From an uncultured Methanomassiliicoccales archaeon (GTDB lineage Archaea > Thermoplasmatota > Thermoplasmata > RBG-16-68-12 > JAJISG01), in the NCBI GenBank assembly GCA_964348155.1, contig CAYGBN010000002.1, positions 3,520-67,519 on the forward strand: a stretch of DNA of 64,000 nucleotides, read 5' to 3'. The translations under genes and the position numbers were made by a program. The notes beneath the pieces were generated by a model. That model had not been told where the DNA came from. It saw nothing but the letters and a program-made list of their open reading frames with translations, and searched no databases. Positions 24,973 through 33,644 of this stretch are shown here, in pieces (positions within the stretch are counted from its first letter, which is position 1; every line of letters begins with the position of its first letter).

Positions 24973-25445
24973 TACTCCTCCGGAGGCCGGCCCTCGATGC
25001 GCTCCAGGTTCTTCTGCAGTGACCAGAGGCTCAGCACCTTGTTGATGATCTTCGTCGTTCCGTCCAGGTCGCCGTGCAGGCGCTCCAGCCGCACGACCTC
25101 CGCCGGAACCCCGCGGCGTCGGCACTCCGCCTCCACGTCCGCGGCGTCGAAGGTCTGATCCCAGCCCAGGGCGATGACGTCGGGCCGCACCTCCTCCACC
25201 GTCCGGTAGATGTCCCCCTCGTGGCCGAGGAGGGCGCGGTCCACGGGCTTCAGGGCGGCCACCAGCTCCCGCCGCATCTCCTCCGGGGTCACGGGCTCGT
25301 GCTTCATCCGGCGCACCGTCGCGTCCCGGGCCACCACAACCACGAGTTCATCCCCCAACTTCTTCGCCTGTCGCAGATAGTGGAGATGGCCTAGGTGGAG
25401 GATGTCAAAGACGCCGGTAGCCATGACCCGGACCATCGTCGCCAC
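24972..25445 (-). CDS. ribL: Archaeal FAD synthetase (CTP-dependent, cytidylyltransferase fold)
   Basis: VMATGVFDILHLGHLHYLRQAKKLGDELVVVVARD. The HxGH nucleotidyltransferase motif matches the RibL family. Confidence 0.8.
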   Translation of the reverse strand: MATMVRVMATGVFDILHLGHLHYLRQAKKLGDELVVVVARDATVRRMKHEPVTPEEMRRELVAALKPVDRALLGHEGDIYRTVEEVRPDVIALGWDQTFDAADVEAECRRRGVPAEVVRLERLHGDLDGTTKIINKVLSLWSLQKNLERIEGRPPEE

Positions 25446-26122
25446 GCCCGGAGGACCTCCTCCCCCTCAACGAACGGAAGAGCACGGTCTCTCGCATAGT
25501 TCTTTGCCTCCGCCTTGGAGAGGGCGTCGCCCCCGTCCCCCATCATCTCGCAGAGCGCCACGCTGGGCACGACGCCCGCCAGGAGGGCCAGGCCCGTGGC
25601 CAGCTCCGTGTGGCCGCGCCGTCCCTCCAGCAGGGGCTCCTCCGCGATGAGGAGGGGCACGTGGCCGGGGGAGCGGAACTCCGTCGCAAAGGCCTGTCGG
25701 GCCCATCCGTCCCCCCGCGCCAGGGCCTCCCGCGTGACCCGCGCCAGGGCGACGATGGTGCGCGCCCGATCCCGGTCCGTGACCCCCGTGTACGTCTCCC
25801 GGTGGTTCACGGAGATGCTGAAGGCCGATCGGGCGTCGTAGGGGAGGCGCTCCTCCAAGAGCTCCCCCAGGAGGGGGTAGTGGGGAGCGAGCCTCTCCAG
25901 CGCCTCCTCCATGCGGGGCAGCCCCAGGGTGGCGGCCACGCGGTGGGGGAGGGTAACGCAGATGAGGCCCCCTGCCTCCCGACGCAGGATGCGCACAACG
26001 GAGGGGGTCACTGCCGCCGAAGCGACGACCAGATCCGTCTCCTCCTCCCGTCCGTCCGCGTCGTACACGAGGACGGGGCTCCCCGCCCGGAGGGCCCCCA
26101 GGGCCTCCTCCCAGGCTTCCAT
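25391..26122 (-). CDS. ribB: 3,4-dihydroxy-2-butanone 4-phosphate synthase
   Basis: MEAWEEALGALRAGSPVLVYDADGREEETDLVVASAAVT…CVTLP…RETYTGVTDRDRA. DHBP synthase. The C-terminal ~18 codons overlap the ribL start, so the true stop may lie earlier. Confidence 0.8.
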   Translation of the reverse strand: MEAWEEALGALRAGSPVLVYDADGREEETDLVVASAAVTPSVVRILRREAGGLICVTLPHRVAATLGLPRMEEALERLAPHYPLLGELLEERLPYDARSAFSISVNHRETYTGVTDRDRARTIVALARVTREALARGDGWARQAFATEFRSPGHVPLLIAEEPLLEGRRGHTELATGLALLAGVVPSVALCEMMGDGGDALSKAEAKNYARDRALPFVEGEEVLRAWRRWSGSWLPASLTSST

Positions 26123-26226
26123 GGTGGATTCCACCGGCCCTCCATTAATAATCTTTTTGTAAATACCAATATTATGGTTTCGTACAGGCGCAACGCTTCT
26201 ACCCCCTCGTCGCATCTCCCTGGAGC

Positions 26227-27267
26227 GTGCTGGACGACCCTGAACGGCGCAGGGCCGTGGATCCCCAGGGGACGCTGGGCATTGTGGCGTCCCTCCCCGA
26301 GCAGCTGGAGGAGGGGCTCCGCCTCGGCCGCGCCCTGAAGGTCCGGGCACCGGCGGACGGGGGCCTCGTGGTCGTGGGCATGGGGGGCTCCGCCATCGCC
26401 GGCGACCTGGCGGGCGCCGTGGCTCGACGGGAGGGCTACCCCCTGCGGGTCGTCCGGGACGTTCGGCTCCCTCCCTCCCTCGGCGGAAACGCGCTCCACG
26501 TCTTCATCAGCTACTCCGGGAACACGTGGGAGACGCTGGCCTGCTACCGGGAGGCCCTCCGCCGCGGCCTGCCCTCCCTCACGATCAGCGCCGGTGGCGA
26601 GCTCCAGGAGACGTCCGCCGCCAGTGGCACGCCCCACCTAAGGATCCCCTCGGGCCTCCCCCCGCGGGGGGCCCTGGGGTATCTGTTGGCCCCCCTCCTG
26701 GCCCTCCTGGAGGACCCCCTGCCAAAGCTTAGGGAAGCGGTCCCCACGGGCATCGAATTCCTGGCGGGGCTGCGGGCGCGGTGGGCCCCCACCGTCCCCA
26801 CGGTGGAGAACGAGGCCAAGGCCCTGGCCCTGGCGTTGCGCGGGAAGGTGCCCGTTGTCTACGCCCCGCCCTCCTTCCAGGGGGTGGCCCGTCGGTGGAG
26901 GACGGAGCTGAACGAAATGGCCAAGGTCCTGGCGTGGAGCGGCGTCCTGCCGGAGATGGATCACAACGAGCTCGTGGGGTGGATGGAGGATCCTGAGGCC
27001 TCCCGCTTCGCCCCTGTCTTCCTGGTGGCGCTGGAGGACCCGCGCCTCGACGCGCAGGTGGCGGTGACCCTGGAGATGCTGGAGGAAAGGGTCCCCGTCC
27101 AGGTGGTGCGGCCCAGCGACCCCGCCTTCCTCCACCAGCTGCTGGAGCTGGTGCACCTTGGGGACATGGTCAGTGTCTACCTCGCCATCGCTCGCGGCGT
27201 GGACCCGTACCCTGTTGCGGCCATCGCCCGCTTGAAGGAGGAGGTGCGGAACCGGCAGGAGGAGTAG
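26227..27267 (+). CDS. Bifunctional phosphoglucose/phosphomannose isomerase (SIS-domain, archaeal PGI/PMI)
   Basis: …LVVVGMGGSAIAGDLAG…FISYSGNTWET… SIS domains. GTG start. The AT-rich divergent promoter region 26123-26226 is shared with ribB. Confidence 0.8.
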   Translation: MLDDPERRRAVDPQGTLGIVASLPEQLEEGLRLGRALKVRAPADGGLVVVGMGGSAIAGDLAGAVARREGYPLRVVRDVRLPPSLGGNALHVFISYSGNTWETLACYREALRRGLPSLTISAGGELQETSAASGTPHLRIPSGLPPRGALGYLLAPLLALLEDPLPKLREAVPTGIEFLAGLRARWAPTVPTVENEAKALALALRGKVPVVYAPPSFQGVARRWRTELNEMAKVLAWSGVLPEMDHNELVGWMEDPEASRFAPVFLVALEDPRLDAQVAVTLEMLEERVPVQVVRPSDPAFLHQLLELVHLGDMVSVYLAIARGVDPYPVAAIARLKEEVRNRQEE

Positions 27268-27375
27268 CGCCGAGGGGGAGATTTGAACTCCCGAGGCGGT
27301 TGCCCGCCACGAGCTGCCGAGGAGCCCCTGGGGCTCTCTCCAGGCTCGCGCCCTACCGGACTAGGCGACCTCGGC
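27268..27375 (-). tRNA. tRNA-Ser (anticodon GGA), class II with long variable arm, interrupted by a ~22-nt intron in the anticodon loop
   Basis: Minus strand: GCCGAGG-TC-GCC-TAGTCCGGTAG-GGC-G-CGAGC-CTGGAG[AGAGCCCCAGGGGCTCCTCGGC]A-GCTCG-TGGCGGGCAACCGCCTC-GGGAG-TTCAAAT-CTCCC-CCTCGGC-G. Acceptor 7 bp. T-arm GGGAG/TTCAAAT/CTCCC. Variable arm GGCGG/CCGCC. Anticodon stem CGAGC/GCTCG forms only after removing the structured insert. TATA-like TTTATG lies about 27 nt upstream of the 5' end. Confidence 0.8.
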
Positions 27376-27430
27376 CTGCGCACCAACGGTGCCCGGCGCC
27401 ATAAAGGTACTGCGGCGCCTCCGCCCTCGC

Positions 27431-28384
27431 TTACTTCCAGACGCGGGGATAGGTCCCCGGCTTCATGAGGACGCGCGATGGGTTGGCGGCGATGCCGCGG
27501 CCCGCGGAGACCATCCGCTCGGAGCCCATGGCGGCGACCCCTACGGCCACGGCCTCGCCCTGACGGGTGAGGATCCGGACGACCGTGCCCTCCACGATGC
27601 CCCGATCCACTCGCAACAGGCCCGGCGCCGCCAGGGGTGCGCCGTGGCAGAGGGCGTCCACGGCCGTGTCCTTCACCACGACCTGCGGCAGGTGGGTGAG
27701 CATGTGCTCCACGGGATGGAGGAGCGTCGGGAGCTCCCCCTTCCCCTCCTCCCGCCATCGGACCAGGGCGTCCCGCAGGTGAACGAGGGGAACCGCCTGG
27801 TCCTCGGCGAGGTCCGCCGTCCGCGTCCTCCGCAGGTCTTGGAGGTGGGCTCCCACGCCCAGCGCCTCCCCCACGTCCACGCAGAGGGTGCGCACGTACG
27901 TGCCCGCCTCGCACCGCGCGCGGAAGAGGTGGTCTCGCCCCCGCCGTTCCAGGATCTCCAGCGCGTGGACTCGCCGCACGCGGAGCTCCCGCTTCACGGC
28001 GGCCCGGACCGGCGGCGTCTGGTAGATCTCCCCCACGAACTCCCGCAGGACGTCCCGCACGCTCTCCTCGGGCACGTCCTGGTGGAGCCGAAGGACGCCC
28101 ACGTACTCCTTGTCCCCTGCGTGGAGGGCGTCCACCGCCCGAACGGCCTCGTTGAGGGCCACAGGAAGGACGCCCGTGACCCGGGGATCGAGGGTCCCGC
28201 CGTGGGCCGTCTTCCCCACGTCCAGCATGTCCCGCACCCAAGCGGAGACCTGGTGGGACGTGGGGCCCTGGGGCTTGTCCACCACCACCACGCCTGCCCG
28301 GAGGATTTCCTCCACGGTTCGCTCCTGGGGGGGCTTCCCGTAGCGGGTGGGGCTCAGGTCCTCCACGCGCTCGAGGGCGCTCAC
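27431..28384 (-). CDS. cbf5: tRNA/rRNA pseudouridine synthase Cbf5 (TruB family with PUA domain)
   Basis: …VVVVDKPQGPTSHQVSAWVRDML…GHGGTLDPRVTGVL… (TruB catalytic Asp) with a C-terminal PUA domain. Confidence 0.9.
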   Translation of the reverse strand: MSALERVEDLSPTRYGKPPQERTVEEILRAGVVVVDKPQGPTSHQVSAWVRDMLDVGKTAHGGTLDPRVTGVLPVALNEAVRAVDALHAGDKEYVGVLRLHQDVPEESVRDVLREFVGEIYQTPPVRAAVKRELRVRRVHALEILERRGRDHLFRARCEAGTYVRTLCVDVGEALGVGAHLQDLRRTRTADLAEDQAVPLVHLRDALVRWREEGKGELPTLLHPVEHMLTHLPQVVVKDTAVDALCHGAPLAAPGLLRVDRGIVEGTVVRILTRQGEAVAVGVAAMGSERMVSAGRGIAANPSRVLMKPGTYPRVWK

Positions 28385-28926
28385 AGGCCCGTCTCCTGGA
28401 GGAGGAGGTCCACCACCTCCGCGGGGGTCCGGTCCGAGGTGTCCAGCACCACGTCGTAGATGCTGCGGTCCGCCAGGTCGATGCCGTAGATCTCCCGGTA
28501 CCGGCGGGCCTCCAGGGACTCCCTCTCCTGCACCTCCCGGGAGGCCACCTCCTCCGCCTTGGACTCACGGCCGGAGATCCGCTTCACGCGGACCTTCAGG
28601 GGGGCGTCCAGCCACACCTTGATGGCGGGCACGTCCTCGCGCGCCAGCATGTGGGCCGGGAGGCGACCCTCCACGACCAGGTCCTCCCCCCGGGCGGCCC
28701 GGGCCCTCACCTGGGCCACCACCTCCTCGTCCAGGGTTCGGTCGATGGCGTGGTCTTCCGCGGCCAGCTGGCCAAAGGCCTCGAGGCTCAGCCCCCGCTC
28801 CCGGGCCATCCTCCGGAAGCGTCGGCCAGCGGACACCAGAGCAAAGCCGCAACGCTTGGCGAGGAGCTCCGCCACCGTGGTCTTGCCGCTGCCCGGGGGG
28901 CCGGCGATGGCGACGACCGTGGCCAT
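28381..28926 (-). CDS. cmk: Archaeal cytidylate kinase
   Basis: MATVVAIAGPPGSGKTTVAELLAKRCGFALVSAG… P-loop. 181 aa. The rest of the 420-aa track ORF upstream is alt-frame artefact. Confidence 0.85.
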   Translation of the reverse strand: MATVVAIAGPPGSGKTTVAELLAKRCGFALVSAGRRFRRMARERGLSLEAFGQLAAEDHAIDRTLDEEVVAQVRARAARGEDLVVEGRLPAHMLAREDVPAIKVWLDAPLKVRVKRISGRESKAEEVASREVQERESLEARRYREIYGIDLADRSIYDVVLDTSDRTPAEVVDLLLQETGL

Positions 28927-28934
28927 GGCGGCGG

Positions 28935-29582
28935 CTAGCCCTCCCCCATCTCTTGGAGGCGCCGGCGGAAGCTGAAGAACTTCAGAACCCGCGGGAGGAC
29001 GAGGCTCAGGGGGAGGGTGATGAGGAAGTAGAGGAGGGTCCAGTGGGGGAACACGGTGGCCCCCCGGATGTCGGCGCTGAAGGACCAGGGGACGGCCACC
29101 GTGGGGGGCACGGTGGCGCCGTACACGAAGATGCTGAGCCAGGAGAAGACGGCGATGAAGAGGAACATCGTGACCACCGTGGGCCGCATCTGAGCCATCT
29201 GGACGGGCATGAACTCCCGCATGACCTCCATGCGGGTCTCCTGGAGCTTCTTCACCTTGGCCATGTTGCGGTTGGACATGGCCTCCCGGACCTCCTTCCC
29301 CAGGGCCCGGTTGACCTCCGTCATGCGCCCCATGGTGATCCAGTCCACCATGAAGTGGCGGAGGAGAATGGAGATGATGAGGGGGATGGCCCCCGCCAGG
29401 AGGATCGTGGCCACGGGGAAGTTGCCCCCGAACCCGATGGCGGGCTCCAGCAGGAAGCCGATGGCGCTTCCCAGGGCGATCCGGATGTTGGGGATGAAGA
29501 GGATGATCATGCCCATGAACAGGACCAGGAGCATCATGGTCGACTGGGAGGCTTGGGGGGGCCTTGCAGGGGGTTCTGCCAT
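28935..29582 (-). CDS. DUF106 membrane protein (archaeal YidC/Oxa1/EMC3-like insertase homologue)
   Basis: 3 TM helices with a coiled, basic cytosolic loop (…RALGKEVREAMSNRNMAKVKKLQETRMEVMREF…). Typical of the DUF106/Mj0480 family. Confidence 0.7.
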   Translation of the reverse strand: MAEPPARPPQASQSTMMLLVLFMGMIILFIPNIRIALGSAIGFLLEPAIGFGGNFPVATILLAGAIPLIISILLRHFMVDWITMGRMTEVNRALGKEVREAMSNRNMAKVKKLQETRMEVMREFMPVQMAQMRPTVVTMFLFIAVFSWLSIFVYGATVPPTVAVPWSFSADIRGATVFPHWTLLYFLITLPLSLVLPRVLKFFSFRRRLQEMGEG

Positions 29583-29611
29583 CCGATCTCCTCCTCGTTC
29601 TCCTCCGATGC

Positions 29612-29976
29612 CTACCCGGCCCCCGTGACCCCGGAACCGCCAAGGGCCTGGGAGATCTGCTGCTGCATGCGCTCGTACCGCTCGGCCATGGTCTTCTCCT
29701 GCTTCTCCAGGGTCTTCACCCGGATGGCGAGGGTCTCCTTCTGGTCCTCCAGCTCCTTCTTGACCTCCGCCCGGTCCTCGGCGCGGAGGAGGAGGCTGCC
29801 AACGCTCTTGTAGATGGGGACGCCCTCGCCCGCCTTCTCCAGCTCCTCCAGGGTGACCTCCACCTCCTTCAACCGCGTCTCCAGCTGGACGCGCTGGGCC
29901 GTCACCACCTGCATCTGCTGCTGCAACTGGCGGAACTGGTTGATCTGGTTCTGCAGCTGGGGGGAGATCTCCCTCA
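29612..29976 (-). CDS. pfdB: Prefoldin beta subunit
   Basis: Coiled-coil protein …ISPQLQNQINQFRQLQQQMQVVTAQRVQLETRLKEVEVTLEELEK…IYKSVGSLLLRAED…. GTG start overlapping the pcc1 stop (GTGA). Confidence 0.75.
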
Positions 29977-30204
29977 CGTCGCCTCCTCCACCATCTCCAA
30001 GGCGGTGGCCGTCCACCGAAGGTAGGAGTTCAGGGCCGCGCGCAGGGCGGGAGTGTCCTGGGCGGAGATCTCCAGACGGAACACGTGCTCCGCCGCCTCC
30101 AGGGTCACGCGGGTCCGAGGCGTGGGGCGAGCGACCTCCGGCTGGAGGGCGGCCAGAAGCTTGTCTGCCTGGGCCGTCTGCACCCGTATCGTCGCCGTCC
30201 GCAC
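29974..30204 (-). CDS. pcc1: KEOPS complex subunit Pcc1
   Basis: 76 aa. …ALRAALNSYLRWTATALEMVEE is the Pcc1 family C-terminal signature. Lies in the conserved superoperon position. Confidence 0.6.
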   Translation of the reverse strand: MRTATIRVQTAQADKLLAALQPEVARPTPRTRVTLEAAEHVFRLEISAQDTPALRAALNSYLRWTATALEMVEEAT

Positions 30205-30205
30205 G

Positions 30206-30346
30206 CTACCGCACCTTCGAGATCTTCTTGACGTTCGGTCGCTCCTTGTAGAACACCTTGGAGCCGCAGTGCTCGCACTGGATGCCCACCGTGTTGATGT
30301 TGGCCCGGACGGGCTCCTTGCACACCGCGCACTTGTACACCGTCAC
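30206..30346 (-). CDS. rpoP: DNA-directed RNA polymerase subunit P (RpoP / Rpb12 / RPC10)
   Basis: VTVYKCAVCKEPVRANINTVGIQCEHCGSKVFYKERPNVKKI. Zn-ribbon, 46 aa. GTG start overlapping the L37Ae stop. Confidence 0.75.
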   Translation of the reverse strand: MTVYKCAVCKEPVRANINTVGIQCEHCGSKVFYKERPNVKKISKVR

Positions 30347-30636
30347 TCCTCCACGCCTTCGGGTACCTCCACCTCTTCTCCCGTCTTCCGGGCCACCTGC
30401 CGGGCGACGGAGGTCGTGACCACGGGGCGGTAGGCCCCGCCGGCGAAGGTGTACTCGCACCGACGGCAACGCCAGATGCCCGAGGCCACCCGCTTCACGG
30501 AGGCGTGGTTGCAGCGAGGGCAGACGTGCCAGCGGGACTTGGTCTCTACGATCTCCCGGACCCGCCGGCGCACGCGAACGCCGTAGCGCGGGCCCAGGGG
30601 CCCCGCGGCCCCGGTCTTCCTCGTCTTGCGAGCCAC
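30343..30636 (-). CDS. rpl37ae: 50S ribosomal protein L37Ae
   Basis: …RYGVRVRRRVREIVETKSRWHVCPRCNHASVKRVASGIWRCRRCEYTFAGGAYRP… GTG start. Confidence 0.9.
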   Translation of the reverse strand: MARKTRKTGAAGPLGPRYGVRVRRRVREIVETKSRWHVCPRCNHASVKRVASGIWRCRRCEYTFAGGAYRPVVTTSVARQVARKTGEEVEVPEGVEE

Positions 30637-30641
30637 CCTCC

Positions 30642-31421
30642 CTACGCCTCCAGAATGGTCTTTCGCACCCCCTTCCCGACTTGCTGGGAGAGGGCGATGA
30701 CCCGATGCACCTCGTCCACGGTGAAGCTGCCGTTTAAGCCTTTCTGCATGGCGCGCACGTCGCCGTTCTCGTCCGTGGTCACCGTCAACCGGGCGTCTGC
30801 GATGCGCTCCTCATCCAGAGAGGGATCGACGAAGAGAACGTCCTCGATCTTGGCCGTGGTGACGGAGACCGGGTGGTGGTGGACCTCCAGGGGGACGTCC
30901 TTCCCCTCCCCCAGCTTCGACTCCATGGGAACCACGGTGTTCGTCAGGGCGGCCAAGGCGGCGTAATTGCAGGCGTCGAAGAGGTTCCCGTCGTAGTCCA
31001 GCACGTGGAGGTCCAGGAAGAGAAGCCACACCTTCTCCCCCGCCTCGATGCCCAGGGCGTCGAAGTCCACCGTTTTCGTCTCGCGGATGCCGCGATCCAC
31101 CACCCGGGCCAGCTCCACGGCCGCAGGCTTGGGGGGCCCCGCCTCAAACTCGGGGCTGGCCATGGGAATGAGCTCCGCGTTCGTGATTAGCACGCCGCTC
31201 TCGGGGCGGTCGGAGTAGGGCTGGCCCACCTCCATCTTCACCCCCACCAGGACGTCGGTGTTTCCCAACCACACGCGGGCGCTCCCCTCGGCGGAGGCCA
31301 CGAAGCCCTTCTGCACGCGCAGCGGGCGGTGCTCCTCCAGGCCGCGACCGTCCACCCTCTTTCCGGCGGCGGCAAGCTTCTGGATGTGCGTTCGGGTCAG
31401 CTGATGCACGACGCTGGACAT
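30642..31421 (-). CDS. rrp42: Exosome complex component Rrp42 (RNase PH-like, inactive subunit)
   Basis: Full-length RNase PH fold. Lies in the Rrp41-adjacent position. Confidence 0.9.
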   Translation of the reverse strand: MSSVVHQLTRTHIQKLAAAGKRVDGRGLEEHRPLRVQKGFVASAEGSARVWLGNTDVLVGVKMEVGQPYSDRPESGVLITNAELIPMASPEFEAGPPKPAAVELARVVDRGIRETKTVDFDALGIEAGEKVWLLFLDLHVLDYDGNLFDACNYAALAALTNTVVPMESKLGEGKDVPLEVHHHPVSVTTAKIEDVLFVDPSLDEERIADARLTVTTDENGDVRAMQKGLNGSFTVDEVHRVIALSQQVGKGVRKTILEA

Positions 31422-31422
31422 C

Positions 31423-32190
31423 TCAGGCCTCCTCCTGGATGGGCTCCTCCTCCATCTCCTCGGCGTCTACGGCGTAGCGGCTCTTCAGGGCCTCCTTCTG
31501 CATCTCGTAGATCTGCTTGCAGGCGTCGACGCCCATCTTGAACCCTTTCTCGAACTCCTTCACCGTCAGGTGGCCGTCCATCTGCAGCAGGACGACCTCC
31601 TCCGTGCGGGGGATGATGGCCATGGGCACGTCGGCCTCGCCGTAGTTGTCCTCCTCCTTGCCGAGGTCCAGCACGACGCTCCCGCCGATCTTCCCGAAGG
31701 CGCAGGAAGCCACCAGGTCCCGCATGGGGATGCCCGCGTCCGCCAGCGCAACGGTCGCCGCCGTGAGCCCCGCACACCGGGTGCCGGCATCCGCCTGGAG
31801 AATCTCAATGAAGACGTCGATGCTGGCGCGGGGGAACTGCTCCACGAAGACCACGGAGGTGAACGCCTCCGAAATGACCTTGGAGATCTCCGTGGAGCGG
31901 CGGTCCGGTCCTGGTCGCTTTCGTTCCCCCACGGAGAACGAGGCCATGTTGTACCGGCACCGCACCAAGGCCCGGGCCGGGTCCTGCAGGTGGCGGGGGT
32001 GGCACTCCCGGGGGCCGTAGACGGCGGCCATGACCCGGTTGTTCCCCCACTCCAGGTAGGCCGATCCGTCGGCCCGCTTCAATACGTTCGCTTCCAGCTT
32101 GATGGGGCGGAGCTCGTTGGCTTTCCGCCCGTCCAATCGCTTTCCCTTTGAGTCTATGAGCTTTGGCTTCTCCTCTGCCACAACAATCAC
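31423..32190 (-). CDS. rrp41: Exosome complex exonuclease Rrp41
   Basis: [45 protein letters not shown]… RNase PH catalytic subunit. Confidence 0.9.
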   Translation of the reverse strand: MIVVAEEKPKLIDSKGKRLDGRKANELRPIKLEANVLKRADGSAYLEWGNNRVMAAVYGPRECHPRHLQDPARALVRCRYNMASFSVGERKRPGPDRRSTEISKVISEAFTSVVFVEQFPRASIDVFIEILQADAGTRCAGLTAATVALADAGIPMRDLVASCAFGKIGGSVVLDLGKEEDNYGEADVPMAIIPRTEEVVLLQMDGHLTVKEFEKGFKMGVDACKQIYEMQKEALKSRYAVDAEEMEEEPIQEEA

Positions 32191-32196
32191 CGCCAG

Positions 32197-32877
32197 CTAG
32201 TCGCGCTTGCCGTACACACCTTCCAAGTGGGACCGCACGGCCTCCGTCAGGCCTATCGCTTGGGCCTGCTCCTCGATCATGTGAACGGCGGCGATGGCGT
32301 TCACGATGTCATCGACCTCGCCATCGATCCAAATCCGACCGTTCTGGCCCACGAACATCCGGGTGCCGGTGTAGTTCTTAATCAGGTTGATCATGCTTCC
32401 CTTCCGCCCGATGATGCGGGGCACTTTCGCGTGGGAGACCTCCACGATCTGACCTCCCGTCAGCTTCCGGGAGGTGTGGTTCTTCATGGTCAGGCTGACG
32501 CGTCGGGTCTCATCCACGCTCTGGACCTTCGCCAGGATGGCGTCCTCCACGTCCAGGTAGCGGGCCGTGTCGCCGTACTCCACCCGCCACGGGACCTCGT
32601 TGACGTGGAGGGGGGCGGGGTACGGAGAGTTCAGGTCCACCAGCCAGAAGGAGGACCCCACGTCCACAATCTTGCCGACGATGGCGTCGCCCGGGTGGGG
32701 GATGTAGACCCCGCTGAGGGGGATTACGTCCACGTGTCCCGACCGCTCGGAGCGGATTCCCAACTGGGAGGCGTAGATGTGGCCCCCCTCGCTGAAGGTC
32801 CCGGAGCCCGGCTTCAGGCCCTTGCCGTCGAGCACGTCCCCTGGGACGACAACCTCGCGCTTGATGGAAGGACTCAT
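32197..32877 (-). CDS. rrp4: Exosome complex RNA-binding protein Rrp4 (S1 + KH)
   Basis: N-terminal domain, S1 (…DAIVGKIVDVGSSFWLVDLNSP…) and KH (…GRKGSMINLIKNYTGTRMFVGQNGRIWI…). Confidence 0.9.
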   Translation of the reverse strand: MSPSIKREVVVPGDVLDGKGLKPGSGTFSEGGHIYASQLGIRSERSGHVDVIPLSGVYIPHPGDAIVGKIVDVGSSFWLVDLNSPYPAPLHVNEVPWRVEYGDTARYLDVEDAILAKVQSVDETRRVSLTMKNHTSRKLTGGQIVEVSHAKVPRIIGRKGSMINLIKNYTGTRMFVGQNGRIWIDGEVDDIVNAIAAVHMIEEQAQAIGLTEAVRSHLEGVYGKRD

Positions 32878-32913
32878 AACGGTACCACGTTTCGCGAAGA
32901 TAGAGAGGGGGCT

Positions 32914-33636
32914 TTACTTAAGAATTGTCGTCTCGGCGTTTCCCTGGGTCCGCTCGTTCAGGCGATCCAGAAACTCCCCCTGGAGGCCCGCGGGGAGCTC
33001 CACCACGCCTATCCAGGAGCCGTCGGGCTGCCACTCCTCCTGGAGGAGGGTGCCGTAGGAGCGGATCTCCCCGTAGGCCCGTCCGGCGTCGGAGGGGAGG
33101 AGCTTCACGGCAATCTTCGTCCGCTCGATGCTGAGGGGAAGCAGCGGGCGGAGGGCGTCCAGGATGGGCCCCACCTGCTCCTCGACGGACTTGAAGGGGT
33201 CCACGTGGACCTTCGCCTCCTGGAGGGCCGTCTCCAGCCGCCGGGGAGGGTGGGGGGTCCCCGTCTGGGGGTTGACGGCGTTGGCGGCGATGTAGGAGAT
33301 GATGCGCTTCCGCTTGTGCTCCAGGAGGGCCCGGCGCTGCTCCGTGGTGAGGTGAATCTCCCCCTTCTTGATGATGCGTTTGGCCACCTGGAGGGCGTCC
33401 TCGGTGCCAAAGAGCTCCTTCATCTTCTCCTCCGATGCCCGCAGGCCCTTCTTCACGTCCTTGAAGACCGTGTCGATGGCCAGGCTCTCCACGAGGTCCA
33501 CATCCTCCCCGGCGCGGATCCTCTCCACGGCCTCGGGCTGCACCAGGACCTCGAAGGTCTCGCCGCCCCGCACGAGGCGGGCCGTTACCATCTCGTCAAA
33601 AATCTCCCCGTGACCGGTGCGAAGCTCCTTGGGCAT
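32914..33636 (-). CDS. Ribosome maturation protein SBDS (Sdo1)
   Basis: MPKELRTGHGEIFDEMVTARLVRGGETFEVLV… FYSH domain plus the C-terminal domains. ATG at 33634-33636. Upstream track-ORF codons are artefact. Confidence 0.85.
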   Translation of the reverse strand: MPKELRTGHGEIFDEMVTARLVRGGETFEVLVQPEAVERIRAGEDVDLVESLAIDTVFKDVKKGLRASEEKMKELFGTEDALQVAKRIIKKGEIHLTTEQRRALLEHKRKRIISYIAANAVNPQTGTPHPPRRLETALQEAKVHVDPFKSVEEQVGPILDALRPLLPLSIERTKIAVKLLPSDAGRAYGEIRSYGTLLQEEWQPDGSWIGVVELPAGLQGEFLDRLNERTQGNAETTILK

Positions 33637-33644
33637 GGCCGAAC

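Noticed and set aside
27268-27375. tRNA-Ser as an integration site for a mobile element
   Set aside because: No integrase, recombinase, direct repeat of the tRNA 3' end or atypical-composition block was seen on either side. The flanks are housekeeping genes (PGI/PMI, cbf5).
27177-28568. 463-aa minus-strand ORF spanning tRNA-Ser, cbf5 and cmk in another frame
   Set aside because: Overlaps a tRNA and two strongly supported genes. Arg/Gly/Pro-rich translation.
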